DNA of 63,991 bases, the filler included, from Dirinaria sp. TL-2023a (Eukaryota): the NCBI GenBank assembly GCA_051941275.1. It is 5 parts of 5 records of this genome, joined end to end, with 100 filler letters (N's around TTAATTAATTAA, not from the genome) between each part and the next. Parts side by side here need not be neighbours in the genome. Positions count along the whole stretch, not along the records: positions 1 to 12,984 come from JAVEBF010000722.1; positions 13,085 to 26,063 come from JAVEBF010000723.1; 3 more parts are not named here. One strand, written 5' to 3'. Made by a program: the position numbers and the translations under genes. Of the stretch, positions 1-13,899 are shown one piece after another. Within the stretch, counting starts at the first letter, position 1. Each line of letters starts with the position of its first letter. A model generated the notes under the pieces. It was not told where the DNA came from and searched no databases. It saw only the letters and a list, made by a program, of their open reading frames with translations.

Positions 1-1260
1 CCCTCCCCCACGAAAAGAAAACGGCGGAATTTTTTTGGGAGTTTGAGATTCTACGTACTGAATGTGCTAACGTGATATGGGGATAATAGGAACGGAGCCA
101 AATACGTTTCGCCCAGCGACGGGATCATGAGTCCGTGCACGCAGAAACTGAGCGCGTTGAAGGGGCGCCATTTTGGGAAGTATGTATAATATTCATTTCT
201 CGTCTTTCTTTCCCCCACGCTCTTTCCCTCCTTCCCCCTTTTTAAGGCGGGCTAATGCAGACGTTCATGTTCCTTGTAACAGGGCGAAACCGAAATCCTT
301 GTTTGCGCAAACGCAGATGGCGGCTGCGAAGCAGAATGGGAATGGGAATACTGTTGAGGGTGAAGAGAATCGGGAGGGGACAGGGTTGGGGAAGGAGGAG
401 TAGGGGTTTTCTGATGCTGGAGAGGGCGTGACATGGCATGTGGATGTTGGTTCTTTTTTTTTTCCTTTTGGCCCTTTCCATTGAGTGGGCGTAAAGCATC
501 TGTTTCAGGGAGAGAATGGCATGCATGGTGGCGTACGGCTCGAGGCGAATGGTATATACAATCAATGGTTAGGGATGAACATTGCATGCATTGATAATGT
601 CTGAAATCGTTCTTTGCTCTTGTAAGAACCGATGAACGCTTTGGAAAGTAAGTGAGATTGACGATATTGAGAGGACTTCCATCCTTCATCCAGACAGTAT
701 AAGAAGAGTAAGGTATAGTAACACCCGCTCTGCGCAACTGTCGCACAGCTAAGCCGGACGGAGTACTCCGTAGTTGTCTTTGGTGTTGGAGGATTCCGGA
801 AGGATTCCCGTTAACCGGGGGTGCCTTAGGCGGACTGAGTCGAGGTGGTAAGCGGCCTTCCTTAAACCAGCTTCATAAATGATGTACGAGCATCTGGCTA
901 TCGCTTCTACGGGCTTGACTGAGTCGTTCAAAAAGCATTGAAGATAGTGCTGGGCCACCTTTGCAGGCTAGGAACTGTTTGTAGAAGCGCAGCCTTGAGG
1001 GAGCTTGTGACCTGCCCATAATGCATGTATTTTTGCTGTTGACAGCTATCGCTGCATTCGTGGCTACTTCCACCACATGGGCCCCAAGGGCATTGGCCTG
1101 GGATGAGACTGGTGTCACCTTTTTGCAGATGTCCGTCGCTGCGACGAGCTGGGGAAAACGGTCTCCCCATGGAACCAAGCAACGCGACGGCGCATCGTGT
1201 TCGTAGCGCAGGCTGCTGCGCTGCATGGGGACTTCTTCCAAGGCAGACTTCAGGCTTCTG

Positions 1261-2576
1261 CTATCCCGAGCATATATTCTCCTCGGCATATCGCCTGTAC
1301 CGTTCAAGAACGTCTGTGTTTTCTAAACCTCGGTGATGCGGGTTGTTCTTCGCCGAATTAGATTGATATCCGTAATGGGCAGCTAATCCGCGGCCGTCAA
1401 AAATTACATCTGCTTCGTGTCATTTAAAGCTCTCAGCTGTGGGTGGTAAATAAAGGATAGCACTTACGTCTGCCCGTCTTCTTCGGCCAATCCATGGTTA
1501 TCGCTTGTTCGTCCGCCGCAGGCATCGGCATCATGTCCACGATGTCATCTCCAGATATGGCAATGAGGTTGATGCTGATCCGATCGTATATGCTGTCCCA
1601 TAAATCGAACTCGTACCTTCCCAACTCCTGTTTCTCGAGATTCTCGAAGAAGGAATAATGCTGCTGTGCGACAGCCAACCAACCAATATCCTTGCGAATC
1701 CAATTTGATCCTGCGTACTCAGCGGTTGCCATGGGTGTCAAGTCGTTACGATTGTTCCCTCGCTGATCAACTGGTAATGGAAGGAAACGGACTCGCTCTG
1801 GTGCTTGCCAATCCGTCCAATTCCAGTCAGGAGGCCCTATCCACTGAGGAAGTTCAGACGGTCGCCAGCCTACTGTCAAATCATTCAACGGAGCTAGGTC
1901 CGGCAGATAGGGATGAACAGCTCCCAGGTGATAATGAACCCACGAAATCCCGAAGTTGTTCACGATGTTTGCCGAGACAGCGAAGTATTCAGGATGCTCC
2001 ACCTTACGCTTAACCATCGAGGGGATCGTCCGGTCGTCGATGAAGAGAATGTCGTCGTCTATCTTGACGTACATATTTCCACGCACGCAACTTTTATACA
2101 TCTGGCTGAAGTTTAGACCTGTGGAATTCACGCGGTACGAAGAGTATAGTGGCTCGCTAGCGAGAAGGCCGTCCAGAAAGTTCAAGTCTTCATCATCGTC
2201 TGTTTTTGCTACGAAGACCACCTCGTCAAGTAGACCACCATTTTTGGCCAAATTCCTCTGCGCGCACACCCGTCAATGGGCTTACTTGATCATGGTCATG
2301 GTTTGAGTGGTGTACCTTCAAATAGCAGTCAAGGACTGAGACAAATCGCCGGCGACCATAGAAGACTAGGCCTACGACTTTCATACCAGCAGGCTTCTGC
2401 CATTGAACAATATTCTCAGTCTCCAAAGGGTTGGAATTGAGATTCCCGCTTTGATTATTCTCGAGGCTCGGAATCGATGGCCTCGATATCCATGCCGTAC
2501 CCAACCGGCGCCCAAAGGTAAGGAAACAGACAAACGCAAAGGCAAAAAGAGCGATAGCCAAAGTCACACCCCTCAT
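1261..2576 (-). CDS. Conserved fungal type II membrane protein, glycosyltransferase (GT-A/DxD)-like; 3 exons (2576-2316, 2257-1468, 1409-1261)
   Basis: N-terminal TM anchor, VGLVFYGRRRFVSVLDCYLK|RNL, YVKIDDDILFID motif. GT-AG introns restore the frame, and the last exon reads HVIFDGRGLAAHY...YRRYAEENICSG*. Confidence 0.7.
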
Positions 2577-4042
2577 AGTTAACGATTATCCCATCTCTAG
2601 CAAAATTCGCTTGAAAGTAGCGAAGGATCGCGATCAGGAGTGCTCGATGGGGGAAGATCCATTATTGTTGATGCTCTACGAAGCTCCTTTTCGTGCGAGA
2701 CTTATATGGTGCGACAACAGCGGAAAAGGGAACCCGCCGTCTTCCCTTGATAGAGGATAATCAAATACCCAAATACAAGGCAAGAACAGGCCATGCATGA
2801 TCGGCATGCAAGGTATCTTGGAAACCCAGAATTCCGGAATCCCCATTGCACGTTGCTCCATTAAGGAATGCTACAGGGTAACAGGTGGGTAGTGTCCAGA
2901 CGGCGATGCCGCTAATGACCGAGAAGTACAGACGAAAGCCGGCTTTAAATTTTGATTGGGACAGATATTAATACCCCTGATGGTCCGACACCGATCTTAC
3001 GGTGTTTCACGCTTCGCAGTTGCTTAATTCATTTGAAAAGTGCACTGGAACCCATCGAGAAAACTGGACACTTTTTCATAATGATACCACCAATTCATCA
3101 GTCCTGGTTGACAGTGTTATTATTTATCAACGTTATGATGGGTAGGGATAAGATATCTACTTACATGTACTTGAGTTATGCTTTGTGGGTGGCGCTCTCG
3201 TGGTCGGTTAGAGCACGTTCATTGGACTGGATTTGGCGACCCGAGTCCCCACCCTGTTTCTCGAAAGCCAGTAAAGCCAGTACTCTACATACAGGTACGT
3301 ACCGTTACCATCAGGGGCTGTAGATACACGAGGTACTGTATTCAAATAATGCAGCGTTAAAGTAGCTTGTCAATCTGCTGCAAAACCTCGTATGGGTCGA
3401 TGTTGATAGGAACATTCGGCATCGTTCCGATTCCGAGCTGGACTCGAGCCAGCGCTTTTGATCTTTCGACTTCCAAGCTGCCCTTGCGAGCCCATTGTGT
3501 ATCTTGGGGAAGATAAGATTAGTATCGTACATCGTGCATCAATCTAAGGTTGCTTTCATTCGTACTAGACAGAGCAGTGAATGCCAGACTGTCTGGTCGG
3601 TATATAAGGTACATAGTAGTAGGTAGTGGTCACCGAGCTTCTCTGGCCGTTGCTTTAGTCACCCACCGACAGTAGTGTACGGTCTTACCTTAAGGTACCT
3701 TATCTCTCGAGTCAAATCGGTTGCGATTGGCAGGTAGAGAAACCTCCGATGCAGCAATGCTTGTTCGTACATTCAGCCTATCGGGGACTGTCATACCTGC
3801 TTCCGCGCCAACCTCGCATGACTAAGTCCGACTATTACCCGACAATCTATCAGGGAATGACTCAAGTAGCAATAATGCGCAATATTTTCTGATGATGTGT
3901 TGCCTCTCCCATATCCCAATGCCCTTTCATTATCATTAAAGTTTCCCGGTGCATCTATTAAGCGGCATGTGATAGCTCTTCAAATCATGAGCACCTCCCA
4001 GTCGTAACTATCTGAATGCCTACAAGACTTGGGCCTGATCGA

Positions 4043-7000
4043 ATGTTCGCGACTTGCGCTGGGTCGATTTGGACGTATGATGACTTCTCCGCCTGTTTTC
4101 AACGGGAGTGAGTGAAATTCACATGCATCTAGACGGGAATTGGCTCTCGCTGATAGCTGCATAGCTTCCTAAGGACACTTTTTCCACTCCTAGCCTCAGG
4201 CGCTTCCTTACTTTATGTCCTGACATCATGGTCTGTTCGAGTAGGCTTTATCCACAGGACCCACGATCGAACGACCGATGAAGCCGTAAAGCACGCGCGC
4301 ATCGACGGTAGCGAACCTGAAGGTCAGTCTGACCTGCCAGACCGGGCACGAAGCAATGGCGACCTTAGGGTAGAGGACCTATCAATATCATGCAACACCG
4401 ATAAATCGATAGGAAAACCCTTCGTGAAGGTAGATCATCCGAGTGGCGCGAAGGTGGTTGCAGCTGCAGAGGTCATAGCGGTTGCGGGTGAAGTGAGCAT
4501 TCACCTGACAGCCCTGTTGACGCGCGCTGGAATCAGTGACGGGAATGTTCCGGCTATCGCAGAGCTGTCGGCTTGGACTTACATCGCAGCCTTGATTGTG
4601 CTAAGACACCTACTTGCAAAATGCCGGCTACCAAGCACACCGAATCTATGGAACCAGACTGCAGTACTTTACGGACTTCAATGGGTGTTAAAAGCGCTCT
4701 TATTTCGGTCTGCCATCATATATCCTCGTTCTCCTATGCTACAAGGACTGATCATAACCGATTTTGCTTTCGCGACGTTACTATTGCTCCTTACAATAGG
4801 TTCGAGAAAGGGCAATCGGCCTCTCGTCCTGCGATATGAAGATAACTTACCTCCCTCTAAGGAACCACTAGCCAGTTTATTTTCCATTGCAACCTTTACA
4901 TGGGTAGATGCAATCGTTTGGCACGGTTACAAGAACACATATGAACTGGCTGACGTATGGAACCTGGCCCCGAGGGATAAAGCTGTTGCAGTTCTGGCAA
5001 ATTATCGGCAACTAAGAAAGACCACCAGCCTCGCTTTGCATTTGTCGATGTATTTCAAGCGCGAGCTCTTGGTCCAAGGTATCTGGGCTATCCTCGTTGG
5101 TCTCCTGACCTTCGTTCCCACCCTTCTGCTTAAAGCAATACTGGAGTTCGTTGAGAGCCCTCAAGACAGCTCCATCAATGCGGCATGGTTCTATGTGATC
5201 CTTTTGGCCTGCTCCTCAATTGCTGAGGGCATCGCTAATGGACAAGCGCTCTGGCGAGGTCGTAAAATATGTATTCGTTTACATGCCATTGTCCTCGGTG
5301 AGGTCTATGCAAAAACGTTGAAGCGAAAGGCTGCGGCGACAACGGAAAAGGTATTGGGTGAAAAGCAGGTCAGCAGCGACGAAGGATCCAACCCAGATCA
5401 GGGATTCATATATAAATTCCTCTGTTTCTGGAGGAGAAAGAAGCAAAAGAATCCCCGAAGTATTGATGAGTCTAAGAAAGACTCTAGCGACTCCACGGTC
5501 AACACTGGAACCATTATCAATTTAATGGCTGTGGACTCGTTTAAACTCAGTGAGATATGCGCCTATTTGCACTTTCTTTGGGCAGAATCCCCAGTGCAAC
5601 TAACAGTTTGTATCTTACTACTTTACCGTGTTCTTGGGTACACCTCGCTGGTGAGCGTTCTCATTATGATATTAGCCATGCCATTAAATTACTACATTGC
5701 GCAACAATTTTCGCGCACCCAGAAAAGAGTAATGGCAGCCACGGATGCGCGAATCAATACCACCAATGAGGTACTACAGAATATCCGGATCATCAAATAC
5801 TTTGCCTGGGAGCAACGTTTTAGTGCAATCGTCGACGATAAACGAAGGGCCGAACTTCGAGCGCTTCGTAGCAGATTCATAGTCTGGACACTGGCAGCAG
5901 GTTTTTGGTTTGGCATGCCATTGCTTATTGCATTCTTCTCTTTCATGCTTTATACTATAGTCGAGAAGAAGCCGTTGATACCGTCCGTTGCATTTACAGC
6001 CCTTTCATTATTTAGCATCCTTCGAATACCGTTAGATCAGTTAGCAGACATGATCGCCCGTGTCCAAGAATCAAAGGTTTCCGTGGACCGCATTGAGGAA
6101 TTCCTGTCTGAAGACGAGACAGAGAAATACGAACAATTAGCGGTTCACGATCAAGACGAAAACGGGGAACCAATGATCGCCCTGAAGAATGCGACACTGA
6201 GCTGGGGTAGCAAAAATCAAGCAGATTCAGACCCCACGTCAGCCTTTCGGCTCATCGGAATCAACGTTCATTTTTGTGTTGGTGGCCTTAATATAATAGC
6301 TGGTGCTACAGGGTCTGGGAAGACATCCCTACTCATGGCTTTGCTAGGAGAGATGACCCTCCTCAACGGTTCAGTGTCTTTACCAGGTGGTCGCAGTCGA
6401 GAGGACCTCGCCGTAAGCCAAGAAAATGGCATGACAGAGAGTGTCGCATATTGCGCACAACAGGCATGGCTCGTCAACGACAACATTAAACAAAACATCC
6501 TATTCGCAACCCCATACGATGCAAAGCGGTACGAAGATGTTATCAAAGCGTGTGCACTCGAGAAAGATCTTGAGATCCTCCATGACGGTGACGCCACGCT
6601 CGTAGGAGAAAAAGGCATCGCTCTATCTGGAGGTCAAAAGCAGCGGATATCACTTGCTAGAGCACTCTACTGTAATGCAAAGCACGTTCTGCTAGACGAC
6701 TGCTTGAGCGCCGTAGATTCGCACACAGCAAAGCATATTTTTGAGCACTGCATTTTGGGGCCACTGATGTTCGGAAGGACGTGTATCCTCGTGACACACA
6801 ATGTAGCACTCTGTGTGCCGTTCTCTCAACACGTTGTCGTTCTCAAAAAGGGAAAAGTTGCTACTCAAGGCCCACCTGTTGAGGTGATGTCGTCGGGAAT
6901 GCTAGGTGAAGAAGTCTCTCAACCGAAGCCTGGTTCAAGTAGCACGACAAGGCACCATTCGCGTATCCACTCTTCTACCGGCATTGAGGAGGAAGACAGC

Positions 7001-9244
7001 AAAGCCATGAATGGCCATGTGGACCAACCTAACAGTCACGCGCAGGACGCTGGCAAGGCTACCACCTACGTTGCAGGTGAGGACAACAAGGCCAACATCA
7101 GGACTGAGGGTAAGACTACTGGACGAGTCAAGATTCCGGTGATCAAAATGTATCTCGCCGCAATGGGTCCTTGGTATTTCTGGATGATTGCTTTCGTGTT
7201 TTTTGTGGGCCAGCAGATCTCGTCTGTCGCTACTACGGTTTGGATACGACAATGGGCAAATTCGTATTCTCTGCGGAGGGTCACTTATGAAGGGCTTTTT
7301 GGATATGCGTCGGCTACGCACCAAAATCTCCCTAATGTGCACTCCTTACAATCGAATCATTGGACAAAAAGCATTTACAGTGAATGGCGACTGACGCCCA
7401 TTTCAGGCCAGCTGAACCGAAGCCATGAGGCTTCAGAAACAGTCCCTAGCATCATGATTTCCGAGGTCAATGCTACTTACTACCTTGCTGTATATGCACT
7501 CCTCGGAATCGTCTATATAGGAGTGTCCATGGCCAGGGAAGGCTTTCTCTTCTATGGTTCTCTTGCCGCATCCCGGAAGCTGCACTCACGCTTACTAGTC
7601 TCTGTGACGAGAGCAAAATTCAAATTTTTTGATTCTACCCCGTTAGGTCAATTAATGAATAGGTTCTCTAAAGACCTTGAGGCCGTTGACCAAGAAGTTG
7701 CACCCATTGCGGTTGGCCTCCTTGGTGATATAGCAACAATCGTATCCATTGTTATACTGATCTCCATCATCACTCCCCGGTTCCTGATCGCTGCTATTTT
7801 CATCTCCATCACGTACTTTGCAATCGCGAAATTCTACCTCAGTTCCTCCACCGATCTCAAGCGTCTAGAATCGGTACAAAGAAGCCCGCTGTACCAGCAT
7901 TTTGGAGAGACTTTGAGTGGCGTTACCACTATTCGAGCCTATGGTGACGAGAGAAGATTTATCCGAGACAACCAGCGCAGAGTTGATACACAACACAGGC
8001 CGTTCATATATCTCTGGGCGGCTAACAGATGGCTTGCTCTACGAGTTGACGTCACTGGGGCTATGGTCTCATTCTTTGCTGGAGTATTCATTATCCTGAG
8101 CGTGGGAAAGCTCGATGCTGGCGCCGCGGGTCTATCATTGACCTATGCGGTCACTTTCACGGAGAACGTTCTTTGGCTTGTGCGTCTCTATTCCGCTAAT
8201 GAGCAGAATATGAACTCGGTTGAACGGGTCAAGGAATACCTTGAGGTCGACCAGGAAGCAAACGCCATCATTTCTGATTCCAGGCCCGATGGCGACTGGC
8301 CTCAGCATGGGAACATTGACTTCATCAACTACTCAACCCGCTACCGGGCCGACCTCAAGCCGGTCCTCAAGCACGTTACTTTCAACGTCCGCGGTGGGGA
8401 GAGGGTTGGGGTGGTTGGCCGTACGGGTGCAGGCAAGAGCTCGCTCACGTTGGCTCTCTTCCGCGGTCTCGAAGCCGATGAAGGCAAAATAATTATTGAT
8501 GGCGTTGATATTGCCTCGATCGGTCTTCAAGATCTGCGAGAAGCCATTACTATAGTACCCCAAGATCCGACGCTGTTCACAGGCACAATCCGAAGCAATC
8601 TTGATCCTTTCGGGCTATTTACGGATGAAGAGGTCCTGGCCATCCTCCGACAGGTGCAATTGATAGATGCCCCTGGGTCTACCGTACCTTTAGTACCAAC
8701 AACCCCGCCTGCAACCACAGCAGCGACGGCTACAGCACCGGACACTCCACCTACTTCAGAGGATACTGATGATCGTGGCAGCGATGAGTTGGATCTCTCG
8801 AGGAAGATGACCAATACAGGCGAGAACGCGAATCTATTTACGGATCTCTCTACTGCAGTCGCCGAGTCTGGCTCCAATCTGTCGCAAGGGCAACGCCAAC
8901 TGCTGTGTCTCGCTCGGGCTCTGCTCAAAGCCCCTCGAGTCTTGGTAATGGACGAAGCAACTGCATCTATCGACTACGCAACGGACGCCAAGATCCAAGA
9001 TACGCTGAGGACCGTCAAAGGCAGCACGATTATTACAATCGCGCATCGACTTCAGACTATTATTGACTATGACAAAGTTTTGGTCCTGGACAAGGGCGCA
9101 GTCGTTGAATACGACTCACCCTGGGCTCTTTTGTCCCGTGAAAACAGTATCTTCCATGGCATGTGTAAGATGAGCGGCGATCTGGAGAATTTGCTAGACG
9201 GCGCGAGAATAGCAGAGGATAAGAAGAAACTCATCGAGGTCTGA
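4043..9244 (+). CDS. YBT1: ABCC/MRP-type vacuolar ABC transporter (bile acid transporter-like); exon 1 4043-4107, intron 4108-4164
   Basis: Two TMD-NBD halves with Walker A motifs GATGSGKT and GRTGAGKS and signatures LSGGQKQR and LSQGQRQ. The upstream exon MFATCAGSIWTYDDFSACFQRD splices in frame to the 1606-aa ORF. Confidence 0.9.
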
Positions 9245-9813
9245 TCAGTCCCCACAAGGGTCATTTCTCGGGTGCACATGATGTGTTGGGGGGAAAGCTT
9301 CGAGGCTCATGGCTTTCCTGTGCATAGCGCGGCGTATTACCGTTGGTATACATTTTACACTAGATTAGAGAGTCTTCCCATTGTACCTATAGTCCAAGTC
9401 CTCCCAATTTCATTACCTCGATCAGCACTCTTTGGCGTAAAAGCCAGGAGTGAACGAGACTCTGCAGAAAGTAATCTTCCCTTACCCTACATTAGGGTTG
9501 CGCTGCCGAAGAAAGGCCGAGGAATGGGCATGTCGGCATGTGTAGCCACTAGCCAAGTGCTATGATTGGACAGGTGGCGACTCTTTTTCTCCGGCTGTAC
9601 TTGACTCTCCGAACTACAAACTTTACTGTACTGCTACTAAATAGGAATGTATCGTACGAGGTACATGCCAGCCTTATGATGCTCATATCTCGTACCTTGA
9701 TCATGCGCCGGTTCTACATTTGAACGCGATTTGACAAAAGGCCACGGAAGACTCTGACGAAAGTTCTCATGTAGACCTAGCAGTGTCTCGACCTTTTCGA
9801 AAATGTATAGAAG

Positions 9814-12621
9814 ATGCGTCAGGCGAGCCGAGGTGTATTTGGGTGGCTGTCCGTACTCGGATTGCTCGCAGAAGCTGCATTAGACGCAGCGAACAAGCCC
9901 GTGGAGGCAGAGATCGGAACACAACCCTCGTTACCGCCTACATGTCCCGCACGGAGTGTGAACTACATCACAGAGAGCCTGCCGCAGCAGTGTCTCAAGA
10001 CCCCGTGGCCGAAGTCAGAAAATGTCGTGCAGCCGACCAGCGCCATCTTACTTCCGGCGAGCGGAAAACTCGAGCTTGTCCATACGAACACTCAACTTAC
10101 GACGGTTACAGCTACATTGGTCTCACAGAACGATAGTCCGCCAATACCGCTAGATAGTGCAACCTTTTCCTTGGTGCACGCAAGTTTTCCGAGCGCTCAA
10201 TCGCAGATCGTGCCGAGCCCCTCGACTCCAGGAATCTCTCCGCAAAAGCTCCCTGCGCACGAGGATGAGTCTGATGGCGATCATGAGTCTCCGTTGGACA
10301 ATGCCAATTTCCTATCTTTCGAGGATTGGAAGAGGCAGAACCTAGCCAAGGCGGGTCAGTCTCCAGATAATGTTGGCAGCAGGGATGGACAAAGCGACGG
10401 TGAAATCCGGCGTAGGCCAGGCAGTATCAATAACGCTCTCGATTCACTTGGTGAGGATACAGAGATTGAGATAGACTTTGACGGTTTCGCGAACCTCAAT
10501 ACGGTATCTGGCTCAGTGCCGGCCCAAGAACATAGTGAGAGTAAGGAAGATCTAGGCGGCGATGATGGAGCACACAAGGTCATGCCTAATGGAGGCTCAC
10601 GAGGAGTACATCCAAGGGGAAAGGATGCCGGCAAGACCTGCAAGGAGCGCTTCAATCATGCCTCTTTCGACTGCGCGGCCACAGTGCTGAAAACAAATAC
10701 TGAGTGCAAGGGATCTACGTCGGTCCTGGTCGAGAACAAGGACAGCTACATGCTGAATGAATGCTCGGCCAAGAACAAATTCTTCATAGTCGAGCTATGC
10801 AACGACATCCTTGTCGACACCGTTGTGCTAGCGAACTTCGAGTTCTTTAGTTCTATGTTCCGTACTTTCAGAGTCAGCGTCTCGGATAGGTATCCTGTGA
10901 AGCTGGAAAAGTGGAGAGAGCTTGGGACCTTCGAAGCCAGGAATTCTCGAGAAGTGCAGGCTTTCCTTGTGGAAACCCCCCTGATATGGGCACGATATCT
11001 GCGCATCGAGTTCCTAACGCATTTTGGCAATGAATACTTCTGCCCCGTTAGTTTATTGAGGGTCCACGGCACTACGATGATGGAGGAATTCAACCACGAC
11101 GTGAAAGGCTCGAAGAGCGAGGACGATCCTGAGAGCGACCTTGAGGAAAGTGAGATACAGGGTGGCAGAGCTTCAGATATTGTCACTGCAGAGAATCTCA
11201 AGCGCAACCCATCAAGCTCACCGGCAGACTCTACGAATGCAGCCCAAGCTACGCCTACACCCTCCGAAGCACCGCCTCCGATGCCGATATCCAAGGTTCA
11301 GGATGTACCGGCGACTGACCCAGTGAAGACTGCACCAAGCGTGCATACGTCCCTGAACCCACTTTTGCGTACGCAGATGGATTTGATATTCTTATCGAAC
11401 CACACCGCTGGTTTGGTGTGTGATATCAGGGAGAGCACTGCACCATTGGCATCACCCGCGGCGCCCTCAGTCACCTCTCGAAAGCTACCGGAACAATCGG
11501 TAGCAAATGAACGACCTCCTTCTACCTCAATCTCTTCGGTTGTCTCTCGAGTCACGCATACAAGTCAGCCAGCCTCCGAGAGTGGGACCCCCTCGGGTGC
11601 ACGGTCTGGGGCAGTAGATCCCACTGAGCCCATTGCTAGAGGCTCAGTAGGACTTTCAGACCAGCAGAACGAGTCTACTTCTTCATCATTATCCACAAAT
11701 CGGAGTTCACCTTCCGCTTCTCGAACATCGACGTCTGCGACTGGGCCGCCCCCCTCCAACCCTACCACTCAGGAGTCGTTCTTCAAATCTGTTCACAAGC
11801 GTCTTCAACTTCTCGAATCCAATTCGACTTTATCTCTGCAGTACATTGAAGAGCAATCTCGCATTCTCCGGGACGCCTTCACAAAAGTCGAGAAGCGCCA
11901 GCTGTCCAAGACAACAACCTTTCTTGAATCTCTCAACACTACTGTGCTGACGGAGATGCGAGATTTCCGAAATCAGTACGACCAGCTTTGGCAGTCTACA
12001 GTGCTGGAGCTGAGCTCCCAGAGAGCGCAGAATCAGCAGGAAATTGTCGCCCTAAGCAGCCGGCTGACTGTGTTGGCGAACGAAGTAGTCTTCCAGAAAC
12101 GGATCGCTATTCTCCAATTCCTCCTCATCCTGGTCTGCCTCGGATTAGTGCTCTTCTCACGATCATCTTCACCGGCAGCAGCGACGTTCCTCGAGCTACC
12201 GCCGGTGGTGCAGAACGCCCTCAACAAATCCTCCACCAGCCTTTCTCGGTACGCGCCACACTTTGACACGCCGCCGGCGAGCCCATCATCCTCCACGCGT
12301 CCACCTTCCAGATACGGGCTCTTCCACCGTGGTAGCCGAGGCCATGATCGGGGCTTATCGGACGGCTCGGCGCTCTCGGCCGACGAGGGAAGGAAAAGCC
12401 CGGGCATCGAATACTCCCCGCCTACGCCGGTCTCACAGCACTCCAGTGATACCGACAACCTTGCCTTACCTAGTAGTAGTCGTACAGACCACCTCGGTGA
12501 CGAGTCACCCGAGGAGGCACAGGATGCTAGGCAGACGAGAAGTAGTCCAGCCACGCCCAGTGGTACGAGGGAGGAAAAGCGGACGGAGACGGTCAAATCG
12601 GATTATCTGAGGCCGGACTGA
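9814..12621 (+). CDS. SLP1: SUN (Sad1/UNC-like) domain ER membrane protein, Slp1-like
   Basis: FLSFEDWK, KERFNHASFDCAATVLK, VLANFEFFSS and RYLRIEFLTHFGNEYFCPVSLLRVHG motifs; coiled coil QESFFKSVHKRLQLLESNSTLSLQYIEEQS; C-terminal TM segment. Confidence 0.9.
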   Translation: MRQASRGVFGWLSVLGLLAEAALDAANKPVEAEIGTQPSLPPTCPARSVNYITESLPQQCLKTPWPKSENVVQPTSAILLPASGKLELVHTNTQLTTVTATLVSQNDSPPIPLDSATFSLVHASFPSAQSQIVPSPSTPGISPQKLPAHEDESDGDHESPLDNANFLSFEDWKRQNLAKAGQSPDNVGSRDGQSDGEIRRRPGSINNALDSLGEDTEIEIDFDGFANLNTVSGSVPAQEHSESKEDLGGDDGAHKVMPNGGSRGVHPRGKDAGKTCKERFNHASFDCAATVLKTNTECKGSTSVLVENKDSYMLNECSAKNKFFIVELCNDILVDTVVLANFEFFSSMFRTFRVSVSDRYPVKLEKWRELGTFEARNSREVQAFLVETPLIWARYLRIEFLTHFGNEYFCPVSLLRVHGTTMMEEFNHDVKGSKSEDDPESDLEESEIQGGRASDIVTAENLKRNPSSSPADSTNAAQATPTPSEAPPPMPISKVQDVPATDPVKTAPSVHTSLNPLLRTQMDLIFLSNHTAGLVCDIRESTAPLASPAAPSVTSRKLPEQSVANERPPSTSISSVVSRVTHTSQPASESGTPSGARSGAVDPTEPIARGSVGLSDQQNESTSSSLSTNRSSPSASRTSTSATGPPPSNPTTQESFFKSVHKRLQLLESNSTLSLQYIEEQSRILRDAFTKVEKRQLSKTTTFLESLNTTVLTEMRDFRNQYDQLWQSTVLELSSQRAQNQQEIVALSSRLTVLANEVVFQKRIAILQFLLILVCLGLVLFSRSSSPAAATFLELPPVVQNALNKSSTSLSRYAPHFDTPPASPSSSTRPPSRYGLFHRGSRGHDRGLSDGSALSADEGRKSPGIEYSPPTPVSQHSSDTDNLALPSSSRTDHLGDESPEEAQDARQTRSSPATPSGTREEKRTETVKSDYLRPD

Positions 12622-12984
12622 TCCTACGTCTTGTTTCCTACCTACCCAAACCATCTTATGTGTATTACTATTGGACAGTTGGCGGCCAGCGTTTCCATCG
12701 GTATCAATTATCGATTTGCTGAAAAGAAAGCAAAAGTTTTTGGTGGCCCTTTCGCGGCTCCGGAATGGCAATAGCCTAGGTATGGCGAGGCGTTGGATTA
12801 TTACATTATTACCTACCTAGATCTACCTTACCTTGCATGTAAGATACTTTCTCGAAAGGTTCGCTTTTTGCAATAGTGTTACCACAGACACTACCTACCT
12901 AACATGTAGATACCTTATCTTAATTCTCTTCCCCTCTCTGAGAGGGTGATAAAATTTAAATACGAAGGGAATAACAGCAGTACC

Positions 12985-13084
12985 NNNNNNNNNNNNNNNN
13001 NNNNNNNNNNNNNNNNNNNNNNNNNNNNTTAATTAATTAANNNNNNNNNNNNNNNNNNNNNNNNNNNNNNNNNNNNNNNNNNNN
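12985..13084. other. Artificial contig linker (N44-TTAATTAATTAA-N44)
   Basis: 100-nt spacer with a stop-in-all-frames core, identical at four positions in the window. Confidence 0.98.
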
Positions 13085-13899
13085 ATGCCCCTCTTCCCTC
13101 CTCCTCCTCCTCCTCCTCCTCCTCTTCCCCCCTTTCCCGCTGAAGAACTCGATTGATTCCGTCGCAGGCGTAAGCGCGAAAAGCGGCGTTTGAGCTGGCC
13201 CAGGTGTTCAAAGCATCCCATTGTGTACTGGCGTAGCGATTTCATACATCTAAACCCCCCTCAGATTTCGGATTCGGATTGGCGGAGATTTTTTTTGTGA
13301 ATGGGTACTGCGTGTGTGTATGGATGGATAAATGGATGGATGCAATGGATAATGATGATGATGCAGCAGCAGCAGAGGAGAGTGGACTAAAATGCTCAAC
13401 AAATAAACCGAAACTAAAAACAAATAATGAGAAACCTAAGCAACGCTCAACACTTCAAACGTAACGAACCAAAAAGCAATGGCGAGAGGACGAGGTGAGA
13501 TGAATACAGATTTTTTCATATGGACGGATGGATGGAGGCTTTGTTTCTTTTTTTCCTTTTCGGCTTGGGAGCCATATAGATAGATAAGTGAAGCTCATAT
13601 TGGAAGGGCAACGCATCCGAAATGAAGTAAAGTGGGACCTGAAATTGTGCGATGTGGCCAGATTTGTGGGAACTTTTCCACTGAAGATTCGTCACAACCC
13701 ACGCGAGAGCGCTAGTACGAGCTGGTAAAAGGGTAAGCTTGGAGCTCAGGAATGTCAGCATCGGAACTGCTTCATATTCGTCCCTTGCATTCCTAGCAAC
13801 ATTCTCTCCTTCCACGGAGATTGAAAAGCATTCCGTCTTTCAATGGAGCCGTGAGTCGGATATAGATGATTAGTCGCTTGATGATTTCGAAACAAAACC

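Noticed and set aside
749..1307. Overlapping short ORFs, including the signal-peptide-like 1021-1206
   Set aside because: No recognisable motif or coherent splice model.
13029..13040. TTAATTAATTAA palindrome repeated four times
   Set aside because: Synthetic linker inside N runs.
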